The translations under genes and the position numbers were made by a program. The notes under the pieces are model-generated. The model had not been told where the DNA came from and did not search any database. It saw only the letters and a list, made by a program, of their open reading frames with translations. DNA of 64,000 bases from a virus. Its lineage: Duplodnaviria; Caudoviricetes. The stretch lies in IMG/VR virus record IMGVR_UViG_3300033463_000085, positions 1 to 64,000 of that record; one strand, given 5' to 3'. Below are positions 11,363 through 20,872 of this stretch, piece by piece (position 1 is the stretch's first letter; every line of letters begins with the position of its first letter).

Positions 11363-13978
11363 CTACATCCCCCACCTCGCCGAGCCGGGTGTTTCGAGCC
11401 TTCTGCCCTGTCGGTTGTTTACTAGCGTTCTGACGAGCGGGGTCAATTCGGTAATCTTGTCAGCAGTAATCCTCGTGTTCTTCGCCGTGGCCTGTCCCGC
11501 GCCAACATCTCCTCCGAGGCCCATAGCGGTGAGGCGGTTTCCGCCACCGCGCATCTGCGACATCATTTCGGCGCGTCTGTCGTCGCCCTGCATTTCGGCG
11601 CGGAACATCCGCTCCTCTGCGGCGCGTAGGTTCCCACGGTCGCGGACGATAAGGCCCTCAAGGCGCGAACGCTCGCGCTTGAAATCGTCGGACAGTTCGT
11701 TTTCGTGGACATCTTTCAAGTCGCCGACCTGCTCGGTGAAGGGGCGCGTAGAGTTTATCCGCGCTAGCTCCTTCTCTTCCGCCTCCTTTAGAAGCGCAAG
11801 GTCTGAACTAAGGTCGCCCTCGGCGACTGTTATGCTGTCGCTGGCGTGCTTCCTCGCCATGCTCGCGCCGCCCCTCGCCTCCAGACGGCCCCACATCTGT
11901 TCACGGGCGGCCCTCTCCTCCTCCCATTCCCTGTCCTCGAGCTGCCATTTGCGGTCGCGGTCTTGGGCGGCAATCTCACGCTCCTTCATGGTCTTGGCGG
12001 CCTCCTCCTCTGCCTTTGCGGCTTCGAGTTGCGCGTTCGCGGCCTCTATCTGCTTGTCGTAAATCGCGCCCTTGCCTCCAAGGCCCTCGTTCTGGCTTTT
12101 CAGGTCGGCAATCTCCTGCGAGCGGGACGAACTCTGCTCACGCGCCTCCCTTGCCTTCGCCTCAAGCTCCTTGGCGATTTCGTCTGCCGTCTTGCCCTCC
12201 AGCTTCTGCCCGAAAGCCTCGGCAAACCAGTTCTTCGTCCGTTCGCCCCACGCGGTGGCGTCCACACCCTCGTCGCCCTGCTGGCGCATCTCGTGCGCCA
12301 TCTCCAAGGCTTGCGCACGCTTCCTTTCGGCGGCTTCGTTGGCCTTTTCAAGCTCGGCAATCCTGTCGTTGTTGTTCTTTATCGTGCGCTCGTTGTCCTC
12401 CTTGGCCCTATTGGCCTCGGTGACGGCGACATCGCGCGTCCTCTGCGCCTGTTCGAGCCTGTATTTGCGCTCGATGGCCGTGCGCTCCGCGTCAGACAGG
12501 GCGGCCGCCTCCTCAAGGGACTTGTTGCGTTCGAGCTGCGCGTTCGCTATGTCGCGCTCCGCGTCGGCTATCGCCCTCGCGTTGGCTATCTGCGTAGACT
12601 GCAAATCCACGCCGCGCTGGCGTATGCGGTTCTGGTTCTCAAGGCGCTTGTTGATGTTGGCAAGGCCCTCGGCCACGGATTCGGCGTTGCTTCGCGCAAC
12701 CTTCTCCATGCTCTCCTGCATCATCTTGCTCAACTTTGAGAAGATGGCGACCGCCCCTGCTATCGCCGCGCCGACGAGCGCGAACATTCCGGGGAACTTA
12801 GTGATGAGGGAGCCAACTCCCTTGATGCTTTTCGCCCATCCCATTATTGTGGACGAAACGCGCTGTGCCTCCGGCGCGATGCTGCCTATCGCATCGGCGA
12901 CCTGTTCGGCCGCGCCCGCGATGTCGCCCTTGGGCTTTATGTTCTTTATGGCCTCTCCGGCCTTGAGGAGGTTCGGGAGGAGCTTGCGCGATGTCACGCT
13001 GTCGAGGCCCTGCGCCTCCTTCGTCGCGGCCTTGAAGTGCTTTGCCATGTCGGCGAGCGCCTTGGTGTCTATGGCGTTGCCGCTTGCCAGTATCTTCTGA
13101 ATCTCCTTGAGCTCGTCGATGAAGGCTTGGCTTTCGGGCAGCGCGTCCTCGGCCTCCTTCGCCATCGTCGCAATCGCGTCGGCGAACTCCTGCGCCTGTT
13201 CGTCTATGTCGAGCTTCTGGCGGAGCTTGTCGAGCCCGTCGCCGCTTCCTGGCTTTATGTTCGTGTAGACAGCGCCGACCTTTTCAAGCGCATCGGAAGC
13301 GCCCTTGCTCGTCGCCGCCGTCGCCGCCAGGGCCGCGTCGAGCTTCTTCACGGTGTTGGATGCGCCCTCGCTCCCGTTCAGCAGCTTTTCAATTGTCGCG
13401 GCGAGGCCGGAAAGCTCGTCCTCTGAAACACCTCCGGCCCTTACGCTGTCCTCGATTGCGGCGAGCCTCTGCGCTCCGGCCTTCGCGCCGACGGTCCCCA
13501 TTCCGCCGAGGCGTTCGCGCATCTTCGCGCTCTGGTCGAGGAACTTCGCCTTGCTCGCCTCCGCCGCCGCCTCCGCTGCGGCCTTGGCCGCCTCGCGCTG
13601 CGCCTGTGCCTCCGCCCGCTCCGCCGCCGAAAGGGCCGTAAGTATGTTCGTGAACTTCTGCGAGTTCGCCGCTGCAATCCTCACCGCGCCGGAATACTGG
13701 CCTATTACGTCCGTCGTGCCGTTCGCGGACTTCGTTATCCGTATGAGCTGGTTGGCGAGTGTTTCGGCCTCCTTCGCGCCTATCTGGCCCGACACCACGC
13801 CGCTCCTTATGGCCTCCACCTGCTTGGAGAACGCCTTGGCCGCGTCCGTTCCGATTGACTGCGCCTTGCGGAGAACGAGGTCGAGCGTCCGCGTCACCTT
13901 GTCGGTGGCGGTCTTTATGCTCGCCGCGTCGGCCTTCGCGCCGACCTTTATAGTCACATTGCTCGATTCATCGGCCAT
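11363..13978 (-). CDS. Tail tape measure protein
   Basis: 871-aa Ala/Glu/Lys-rich helical protein after chaperone and tube genes. Confidence 0.8.
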   Translation of the reverse strand: MADESSNVTIKVGAKADAASIKTATDKVTRTLDLVLRKAQSIGTDAAKAFSKQVEAIRSGVVSGQIGAKEAETLANQLIRITKSANGTTDVIGQYSGAVRIAAANSQKFTNILTALSAAERAEAQAQREAAKAAAEAAAEASKAKFLDQSAKMRERLGGMGTVGAKAGAQRLAAIEDSVRAGGVSEDELSGLAATIEKLLNGSEGASNTVKKLDAALAATAATSKGASDALEKVGAVYTNIKPGSGDGLDKLRQKLDIDEQAQEFADAIATMAKEAEDALPESQAFIDELKEIQKILASGNAIDTKALADMAKHFKAATKEAQGLDSVTSRKLLPNLLKAGEAIKNIKPKGDIAGAAEQVADAIGSIAPEAQRVSSTIMGWAKSIKGVGSLITKFPGMFALVGAAIAGAVAIFSKLSKMMQESMEKVARSNAESVAEGLANINKRLENQNRIRQRGVDLQSTQIANARAIADAERDIANAQLERNKSLEEAAALSDAERTAIERKYRLEQAQRTRDVAVTEANRAKEDNERTIKNNNDRIAELEKANEAAERKRAQALEMAHEMRQQGDEGVDATAWGERTKNWFAEAFGQKLEGKTADEIAKELEAKAREAREQSSSRSQEIADLKSQNEGLGGKGAIYDKQIEAANAQLEAAKAEEEAAKTMKEREIAAQDRDRKWQLEDREWEEERAAREQMWGRLEARGGASMARKHASDSITVAEGDLSSDLALLKEAEEKELARINSTRPFTEQVGDLKDVHENELSDDFKRERSRLEGLIVRDRGNLRAAEERMFRAEMQGDDRRAEMMSQMRGGGNRLTAMGLGGDVGAGQATAKNTRITADKITELTPLVRTLVNNRQGRRLETPGSARWGM

Positions 13979-13992
13979 TGGTCGCGCACTCC

Positions 13993-14583
13993 CTACTTGG
14001 CTTCCGCCTCCTGAATCGCGTTTATCTCGCGTATCATAATCCGCTCGTAGTAGTCAGGCCCGCCGTTCTCGCCGCCGTGCCTCTGCCTTGCGACGGAAAC
14101 GAGCGCGAGAGCCGTTGCGACGGGCGTTGCCATTGCGTCCGCGACGCTCCATCCGTATTCGCCGCAAAGCGCCTCCACTATCTCAAGCGGCCAGCCGAAT
14201 CCGCGAGGGGCGGAATACGCGCATCCGCCGTCCTTCTTCGCGGCCACGAATGTCTTGAAAGCGGCGACGATGTGCCCGTTCACCGCCTTTGAAATCCGCG
14301 CCACGCACTTCGCCTTGCCGCGAACCCATCGGCCCGCCTCCCTAGCGGAGCGCTCCATGTCGCGCATTGCGGACGCGACCTCCGGCGGACGCTTCGACAA
14401 CAGCCACGCCGCGATGAGCGAGTGGGAATCGTCGAGGTTCGCGCCGAGGTCGCACCCCCAGGCCTCGAGGGCAGCCGCGTGGGCGAGCGTGAAAGGTTGC
14501 AGACGCAGGGCGGAGAACCGCCCCGTCCTGCATACCTCCGTCCCGCCTGGGAACAGGGCGAGTATGGTTTCGACCGGAAGCAA
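13993..14583 (-). CDS. Putative tail assembly chaperone
   Basis: Position between tube and tape measure; start uncertain. Confidence 0.5.
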   Translation of the reverse strand: MLPVETILALFPGGTEVCRTGRFSALRLQPFTLAHAAALEAWGCDLGANLDDSHSLIAAWLLSKRPPEVASAMRDMERSAREAGRWVRGKAKCVARISKAVNGHIVAAFKTFVAAKKDGGCAYSAPRGFGWPLEIVEALCGEYGWSVADAMATPVATALALVSVARQRHGGENGGPDYYERIMIREINAIQEAEAK

Positions 14584-14598
14584 CCCAGACGCTCCAAA

Positions 14599-15003
14599 TT
14601 AGTGCGAAGAGGCGGGGATGTCCGGGTACTGCTTGATGGTGCAGGAAACCTTGGCGGCATCCTCGTTGGACCAAGTGCCCTCGAATGTCTCGACGCGCAT
14701 GGAGCCAGTCGTGTTGACCGGAACGCTGATGCCGGAGAAGGTTGCGACATCGCCTTTCTTGACGCTCTGGATTGCGCTCTTGGACGCCTTGGCGACAAGG
14801 CCCTCGACGGAAAGCACGTCGAATGTCTCGGGTATCACGAGCGAGATGATTGTTCCCGCAGGGCCGCGATACTCCTTGACCTCGCCGTCCTTCGATATCC
14901 TCACAAGAGTGGGGTATATCGCCACCCCCGCGACCGTGATGGTCTGCTTGGGGTTTTCGCTGATTCCGTAGAGCAGTTGCTCGCCGTGCTGTATGACTGC
15001 CAT
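14599..15003 (-). CDS. Putative major tail tube protein
   Basis: 134-aa beta-rich ORF with strong RBS in canonical position. Confidence 0.55.
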   Translation of the reverse strand: MAVIQHGEQLLYGISENPKQTITVAGVAIYPTLVRISKDGEVKEYRGPAGTIISLVIPETFDVLSVEGLVAKASKSAIQSVKKGDVATFSGISVPVNTTGSMRVETFEGTWSNEDAAKVSCTIKQYPDIPASSH

Positions 15004-15015
15004 GTTGTGCTTCCT

Positions 15016-15510
15016 TTAGTTTTGGTTGTTCTGGGTTGCCTCTCCGGTCGATTCCGCAGAGGGGTTGAAATAGCCGTCCTCGTAGCCTAGCTCGGTCTGC
15101 ACCCTGTAGTTTGAGCGGAGGATGTTCGCGTCCTCCACATCGTCGCGTCCGGCGTCCTTGAACACCATCTGGCCGACGAGGAAGGGGAAGCGGTGATAGT
15201 GGAGGATTTGCGCAATGCGCTCGGAAACGCCCTGCGCTGTCAGCGTGTCGGGGTCGTCGCGGTTTAGCGATGGATGCTCGTAGCACGAAATCTGTATGTC
15301 GATGTTCACCTGCAATACGGCCGACTGGGCGAGGTTGTTCATTCCGGTTATGGAAATGAGGGCGAGGACGCCGAGGCTTCCGACCGCCTGTTCGACCTCA
15401 AAGCCGACATTGGCCTTGTCCTCCACGACGACGGAAACTTGCCCGTGGTCGCGCAGGTATTCGTCCTCGCGGATGAATTCGGCTATTCCTTCGGCTATGT
15501 CTCGAAGCAT
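15016..15510 (-). CDS. Putative tail terminator/completion protein
   Basis: Position before tube gene; start refined to ATG 15510 after AAGGAG. Confidence 0.5.
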   Translation of the reverse strand: MLRDIAEGIAEFIREDEYLRDHGQVSVVVEDKANVGFEVEQAVGSLGVLALISITGMNNLAQSAVLQVNIDIQISCYEHPSLNRDDPDTLTAQGVSERIAQILHYHRFPFLVGQMVFKDAGRDDVEDANILRSNYRVQTELGYEDGYFNPSAESTGEATQNNQN

Positions 15511-15532
15511 TGCTTGCGCTCTCCTTACCTGT

Positions 15533-15546
15533 GCCGATTCGGTCAA
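15533..15546 (-). promoter_or_regulatory. Late-gene motif TTGAC-N5-CGGC
   Basis: TTGACCGAATCGGC, 23 bp upstream of ATG 15510. Confidence 0.65.
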
Positions 15547-15562
15547 CCGACGCTGTTTCTCC

Positions 15563-15592
15563 TTGCTTCGCGGCGGGGTGATTTGTTATAAT
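15563..15592 (+). promoter_or_regulatory. Sigma70-type promoter of the moron gene
   Basis: TTGCTT-18bp-TATAAT with TG extension. Confidence 0.6.
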
Positions 15593-15623
15593 ATCGCGTC
15601 CGAACATGGGAAAGGAAACAAAC

Positions 15624-16334
15624 ATGAAACGGACACTATTTGCCGTCGCCGTGGCCGCCGCGTCGATTGCGGCGCTTGCCGGGACAACCCCCAATAGGCT
15701 CGGCGATTCCGCCTCAAGGCGCAAGACCCACGCAGCGCAGTCGGCCAAGGCGCTTGACGACAAGCGCGACAGGAAGGCTGTCGCGGAGGCGGCTAAAACT
15801 AACCCCGGAAGGACGCTCGGCATAAAGGACTTCTGCGGCAGGAAGTTCGGCGAAAAGGGCGACGGGCGCGATGTTGTCGTCGAACAGGCGGACAGGCCGT
15901 ATTTCGGCGGCTACACGAAACTGCGGCTAAAATACTCGCCGTCGGCTGGGCTCTATTCCATAACGGCCATAAACGACGACTCCTTCGCCATCGGCGACAA
16001 GGACAATGAGCTAGAGCGAATAATGAGAATCGTCGAGAATCACTTTAAGATTCGCTTCTCCGGCGGCATAGTCCGTCGCAACAACAGGGAATACGGGCAG
16101 GAGTTCGGCGTCAGCGCGGTTGGCAACAGCGTCACGGGCGGGATTTCCGGCTACAGGCCGTCGTCGAGAAGCGTTGTGACGAAGCCAGCGACGCGATGGA
16201 CGAGCGTTGTTTCCGAGGAGTTCAAGGATGTGCGCATCTCGATACGCGCCGTTGCGGACAGGGAGAAAGACAAGACATTCGTTGAGTTCACGGTCGAGCT
16301 GAAACCGCCGAGCGCGGCCAGCAAGGCGAAGTAG
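15624..16334 (+). CDS. Secreted moron protein (counter-oriented insert in tail operon)
   Basis: MKRTLFAVAVAAASIAALAG signal peptide, AAAGGA RBS, own promoter. Confidence 0.75.
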   Translation: MKRTLFAVAVAAASIAALAGTTPNRLGDSASRRKTHAAQSAKALDDKRDRKAVAEAAKTNPGRTLGIKDFCGRKFGEKGDGRDVVVEQADRPYFGGYTKLRLKYSPSAGLYSITAINDDSFAIGDKDNELERIMRIVENHFKIRFSGGIVRRNNREYGQEFGVSAVGNSVTGGISGYRPSSRSVVTKPATRWTSVVSEEFKDVRISIRAVADREKDKTFVEFTVELKPPSAASKAK

Positions 16335-16336
16335 CG

Positions 16337-17017
16337 TCACTTTGAGTTCATCAGCTCGTCGAGCATCGCGTCCATGAACTGCTCCGTCGTGTCGCGCGTC
16401 CATGTCTTTATGTTCGCGTCGCTCGGCAGCAACCCCCTGTCCTGCGGGAGCGTCGTGCTTTTAACGAGCGCATAGAGGGGGCGGAACTCCGTCTTTTTGC
16501 GCTTGCCCCTGCCTTTGGAAACATCCTCGGCCAGGATGTTCGTCCCCTTGGGCCGGAATATCTCGTGCCCCTCGCCCCGTAAGTCCGCGACGCGCTTCGC
16601 GTATGCGACCTTGTGCAGCGGGATTGTGAGGGCCTTTGCCTTTCTCGGCTTTATGGTTATCGCGCCGAACGCCCTGCGGAGGCCGGGAGTGTTGCCGATC
16701 ACGACAGAAACGCCGTCCTCGGATATGTCCCTAACCTCCGTGAACGGCTGCTTTCCGTCCGGCGCGTCGAACTTCGAGCCGCCGCGAAGCTGCCCTCGCG
16801 CGGGGGCGAATTCGAGGAATTTTGTGTGCTTCGCGCCGAGCCTGTCGGCGACCTTGTGGCGCGTGACGGACGCCCTTGCGATGTGGTCGGCCGTGCGCTC
16901 GCGGACATTTATGCCTATCTCGCGGTTCAGCCGGAGCATTGATGAGCGGGAAAGGAGTGCGCCAAGTTCGCTCCTGACGCGCTCCACGCCCTCCGCAGCT
17001 ATCTCCATGTCGTACAT
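16337..17017 (-). CDS. Mu gpG-like virion morphogenesis protein
   Basis: GAITIKPRKAKALTIPL motif; start uncertain (17017 or 17008). Confidence 0.6.
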   Translation of the reverse strand: MYDMEIAAEGVERVRSELGALLSRSSMLRLNREIGINVRERTADHIARASVTRHKVADRLGAKHTKFLEFAPARGQLRGGSKFDAPDGKQPFTEVRDISEDGVSVVIGNTPGLRRAFGAITIKPRKAKALTIPLHKVAYAKRVADLRGEGHEIFRPKGTNILAEDVSKGRGKRKKTEFRPLYALVKSTTLPQDRGLLPSDANIKTWTRDTTEQFMDAMLDELMNSK

Positions 17018-17027
17018 TACGGAGATA

Positions 17028-17041
17028 GCCGCCTCCGTCAA
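17028..17041 (-). promoter_or_regulatory. Late-gene motif TTGAC-N5-CGGC
   Basis: TTGACGGAGGCGGC, identical to the copy at 6663. Confidence 0.7.
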
Positions 17042-17042
17042 G

Positions 17043-18431
17043 TCACGCCGCCCTGCGCCTCGCCTTGGCCTTTTCCTTGGCCTCCATCTTGCCGACGCTC
17101 GCCTTTATGTCCGATGCTATCGAGCGGACGAGGGCGTGAATCTGCCTCGGCGCATTCTTGTTGTCCTTCTTGCGTGCTTGCACGACCCTCATTGATTCCG
17201 GGTCTATTTCCACATCGTATACTGGCTTGCCGTCCTGCCGGAGCGACAGAAGGAGGGCGCGGCCCTCCTTCACGCTCTGGCCATAGTCGCCGATGCAGTT
17301 GTGCATGGCGTTTCCCTCGGCGATTAGGTCGCGCTTGTCGCGGAGGACTGCGACCGCGTAGCCGCCGTAGAGCTTGCCGACGACGGATTCGTCCACATAT
17401 CCGCATATCATCTTCCAATGGGCGAGTCTGCGCCGCGCCTCGCGCCTCTCCTCGGCAAGGCGGCGCTTCTTCTCCTTCTCCTGCGCAATCCGCTCGCGCT
17501 CAAGGAGCGCCCTGTGCGCGTCGTCCACCTTGTCGTATTTCCGCGTCCAGTCGGTCGGGAACATGTAGCCGTATGTGCCGATGTCAATGTCGAGCCTCGC
17601 CAGCATAGAGCAATAGCGGTTGTAGGCGTATGAATCTATGCCGTTCTTGCGCATATAGCGGAACAGGCTCTTGCGGTCAACGCTCTTGGGAATGTCGTTG
17701 AGCCTTGTCGTCTCGCCTAGGAACGACAGGTATGCGGACGCCTCCGCGAGCGATTCTCCGCTCCTGTATGCCCGCTCGATTGCGCCGACGCCATATCGCG
17801 CACCTCCCCAATAGCCGCCCGCCGAAACGCGTATGTCGGCGATGTGGCTTCTGAAGAACCGCTTGAAATCGGCATCCTTCGACAGCCGCCGGACGAACGA
17901 CGGTCTTATGAGCTGCCACATTCCGGCCTTGGCCAGGAATTCGACGGCGTGGTCTATGTTCCAGCATTCGATATACTGCATGAAGTGCATCTTGTAGCCG
18001 CTGTCCGTGCTGTAGCCGCACTTCGCGTAGCGCGTCCCCTCGAAACCGTTGAGGTATTCGCCGTGGAGGTCTATGCAATGCCGGAATGTCGCATCGTCGT
18101 CGCCCCACGCGCCGATGTAGGCGTCCACATCCTGCCACACGGCCTGGTGCCTTCTGCCGAACGGCTCGTTGGCCCAATTCACGCATAGCGCGTTCGTGAA
18201 GTTGTTTCGGATTATGTCGCGCAGTCTGCAACGCTTCTCTGCGGAATAGTAGGCGGCGACCTTCTTTATGGCAAGCTCGCCAGTCCGCATCGAGCGCGTC
18301 TTGACCGCGTATGTGTCAATCCGGCACTCGCCGCCCTTGAGCGCTACGACATAGTTGTAGATGCGCGTCCCGTTGTGCGCGTCCTTTCGGCGAGACGCCT
18401 CGGACTTCCTTATGAGCGCAATGGCCCCCAT
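17043..18431 (-). CDS. PcfJ-like domain protein
   Basis: C-term DLIAEGNAMHNCIGDY...VVQARKKDN motif. Confidence 0.85.
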   Translation of the reverse strand: MGAIALIRKSEASRRKDAHNGTRIYNYVVALKGGECRIDTYAVKTRSMRTGELAIKKVAAYYSAEKRCRLRDIIRNNFTNALCVNWANEPFGRRHQAVWQDVDAYIGAWGDDDATFRHCIDLHGEYLNGFEGTRYAKCGYSTDSGYKMHFMQYIECWNIDHAVEFLAKAGMWQLIRPSFVRRLSKDADFKRFFRSHIADIRVSAGGYWGGARYGVGAIERAYRSGESLAEASAYLSFLGETTRLNDIPKSVDRKSLFRYMRKNGIDSYAYNRYCSMLARLDIDIGTYGYMFPTDWTRKYDKVDDAHRALLERERIAQEKEKKRRLAEERREARRRLAHWKMICGYVDESVVGKLYGGYAVAVLRDKRDLIAEGNAMHNCIGDYGQSVKEGRALLLSLRQDGKPVYDVEIDPESMRVVQARKKDNKNAPRQIHALVRSIASDIKASVGKMEAKEKAKARRRAA

Positions 18432-18446
18432 GTCGCCACTCCTCCG

Positions 18447-19112
18447 CTAGAACAGGCTCAACTGCTCCGCCTTGAACTTCACCTTGGCCTTGCTATCCTT
18501 GGCGGCCTTTTTCTCCGCCTCCTTCTTGGCGCGTTCCTCGGCCTTGCGCTTCTTGGCGGCTTCGCGCTCGGCTTTCGCCTTTGCTTTCTCCGCCTCCTTC
18601 GCCTTGCGCTCCGCATCCCTGGCCTTGCGTTCCCTCTCCTGCGCCTCCTCCTCGGCAATCAGCCTGTCGATTTCCTCGTCGCTCTTGCCGGAATGCCACG
18701 AATGCTTCTTGAGCCAGCGGGTGCGCCGCACATCGGCGGCAATCTGCTCTGGCGTGAGGCCTTGCCACTTGGCGACGCGCTCGGCGTGGGCCTTGCGTTT
18801 CTGCTCGGCCTTTTCCTTGCGTTTCTCGGCTTCGGACTTAAGCCTCTCCTCCTCGGCCCTTATCTCTTCGTCCGTCTTGTAGGTGTCGCCCTCGTTGCAT
18901 ACGGAGAAGTAGTGCATCATCTCGTCGTAGGCCCATTGGTTCTCGGTGACGGCGGCGTTTATCTTCTGCGCCTTGCTCACCATCCAATCGAACGCGCCCT
19001 TGATTGTCAGCTTCTTCTCCTTGACACGCGCACGGATTTCCGGCGTCGCGTGGGCCTCGTAGTATTCCTTCAATACCTTCTTGTAGAACTCCTCAAGCGA
19101 ATATGCGTTCAT
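18447..19112 (-). CDS. PcfK-like (AcrIIA9-family-like) protein
   Basis: KLTIKGAFDWMVSKAQK...YDEMMHYF next to PcfJ; ends EQLSLF; start refined to ATG 19112. Confidence 0.65.
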   Translation of the reverse strand: MNAYSLEEFYKKVLKEYYEAHATPEIRARVKEKKLTIKGAFDWMVSKAQKINAAVTENQWAYDEMMHYFSVCNEGDTYKTDEEIRAEEERLKSEAEKRKEKAEQKRKAHAERVAKWQGLTPEQIAADVRRTRWLKKHSWHSGKSDEEIDRLIAEEEAQERERKARDAERKAKEAEKAKAKAEREAAKKRKAEERAKKEAEKKAAKDSKAKVKFKAEQLSLF

Positions 19113-19804
19113 TTCCTCTTGACCTCCTTCTTTGGCTTCTTGGTTTCGTAGATTCCGACAGAAGATTCGACCTCGACGCGCACGACCTTTCCGGGTTCGA
19201 CGCTCCGCCCTCTGCACTCCTTGGCGATGAAGCACTCCGCATCCTCCTTCGTGTCGAAGCGGTCGGCCGTCTCTACATCGCCCCAGCATTCGTCTATGGC
19301 CCCGTTGTGGTAGCCGTCGAGCGTCCGCCAGTATAGATTGGTCGCCCTTGCGCTCTGGATTGCATAGAACGACACGCACCGCGAATCCTTCCATATCGCC
19401 TCCTCCGGCGCTGGAGGGATTGGCTGCCTCCAGTAGACGGCGTTTGCGACATCCGCAAGCCGCTCGAGCCGCGCTTCCTCCTCCTGCAAGTCGGCGAGGA
19501 GCTTGTCGGGTTCTGGAACGCCGTCCAGCCCGTGCGCCGCCGCGTCGAGATACATCCGCATCTGCTCGGCAACGCTGTAGTTGTCGTAGGCGTCGCGAAG
19601 CTCTATGCAAGCGATCTGGTCGGCCTGTTGCTTCGTTTCCGGCCTCTTGCCGCGAAGGTCGATATGCACTATTTTTTCATGGTCGATTCCGGTATGGAAC
19701 AAGCCTTCGTATATGATGCCGTCCCGCTCTACGCTCTTGGTGAGGGTCAATCCCTCGGCTTCTAGCGCGTCGAGCATTCTCTTCGATAGTCCGATTCGCT
19801 TCAT
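19109..19804 (-). CDS. Hypothetical protein
   Basis: Start MKRIGLS at 19804 with GGAGGA RBS; 4-bp overlaps with neighbours. Confidence 0.7.
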   Translation of the reverse strand: MKRIGLSKRMLDALEAEGLTLTKSVERDGIIYEGLFHTGIDHEKIVHIDLRGKRPETKQQADQIACIELRDAYDNYSVAEQMRMYLDAAAHGLDGVPEPDKLLADLQEEEARLERLADVANAVYWRQPIPPAPEEAIWKDSRCVSFYAIQSARATNLYWRTLDGYHNGAIDECWGDVETADRFDTKEDAECFIAKECRGRSVEPGKVVRVEVESSVGIYETKKPKKEVKRK

Positions 19805-20391
19805 TCCTCCGCTCCTTCCTGTTTGTCGTTGTTCAGCTGCTCCCAAGCCATCGCAAGGCCGACGAGCCAAAGGTAGACGCGAAGGGCGATGCTCCGTCCC
19901 GCTCCGGCAATCCACTCCCAGTAGTCGCCGTCGTGTCCGGCGAGCTTTTCCGCCGCGCCGTCGCTTATGCGCTCCATTCCCCATCGCTCGTCGAAGTCGT
20001 GCATCACCTCATCGAGGTCGTCGTCGCTGATGTCGGGGGCGAAGTGCCTTATATCGGCAATGGCCTCGTCGCGGTCGTATTCGTAGCGGTCGCTCGCGGC
20101 CTTGACCTTTTCGAGGAAGTACCGCTCGTTTACGCAATGCCAGCGGCTTGCGACGGCCTTGGCCGTGTCATCGAGCGTGGCGGGCCATGTCGGATAGGCC
20201 ACGGCTTCGCCTAGGTCGCCCGTTATGTATATCGCCCCGCCCTCTCGGTCGAACACGAAGCGGATTGCGTATTCGCGCGTTCCTGGCCTGCGCCAGTCCA
20301 CGACCTCAATTCCGATGTCCGATGCCTGGCGCTGCGCCTTGTGTTCATTGAAATGCTCGAACGCATGGTCTATCTTCTCGTTTCTCGTCAC
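19801..20391 (-). CDS. Conserved-looking phage hypothetical protein
   Basis: GTG start with GGAGGA RBS; YITGDLGEA...YFLEKV core. Confidence 0.7.
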   Translation of the reverse strand: MTRNEKIDHAFEHFNEHKAQRQASDIGIEVVDWRRPGTREYAIRFVFDREGGAIYITGDLGEAVAYPTWPATLDDTAKAVASRWHCVNERYFLEKVKAASDRYEYDRDEAIADIRHFAPDISDDDLDEVMHDFDERWGMERISDGAAEKLAGHDGDYWEWIAGAGRSIALRVYLWLVGLAMAWEQLNNDKQEGAEE

Positions 20392-20393
20392 GG

Positions 20394-20558
20394 CTAATCC
20401 TCCTTTCCGTAATATTCCTTGAGGTAGCATCGTTCGCACAGCGTCCTGTAGTCGTCCACATCGCTTGTAGACATTGGCGCTCCGCAATATGCGCAGCTAG
20501 CCGCGTGGTCGCTATGGTTTTCTTGGCAATCGTCAGCCGTTTCGTCCTCGCCTCTCAT
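20394..20558 (-). CDS. Small Cys-rich (zinc-finger-like) protein
   Basis: CAYCG...LCERC in a coupled operon. Confidence 0.5.
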   Translation of the reverse strand: MRGEDETADDCQENHSDHAASCAYCGAPMSTSDVDDYRTLCERCYLKEYYGKED

Positions 20559-20872
20559 ACCTTCACCACCTCTCCCTTGTAGCCGTGTCCGTCGGAAAAG
20601 AAAGCCCACGCCGTCTTGCCGTCCTTGGAGTAGTGGACCTCGCTGTGCTTCGGGTCGCCCGGACAGTCCGCGTATCCGCGCCTGTCGGCAAGCGCGGCCT
20701 CGCCACCGTCGCCGTCTGGAACTGTCGTAGTCCATTCGCTGCGTATGGTTTCCTCCAGCATCTTCACCGCGACCTCTTCCGAGGCGTATGGCCGCACGCT
20801 CATTGTTAAAGTGCGGCCCCACGGCTCGTCTGGGTAGTAGTAGCACACCTGCACAATCCAACGCCCGCTCAT
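20555..20872 (-). CDS. Hypothetical protein
   Basis: MSGRWIV start overlapping upstream stop. Confidence 0.6.
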   Translation of the reverse strand: MSGRWIVQVCYYYPDEPWGRTLTMSVRPYASEEVAVKMLEETIRSEWTTTVPDGDGGEAALADRRGYADCPGDPKHSEVHYSKDGKTAWAFFSDGHGYKGEVVKV

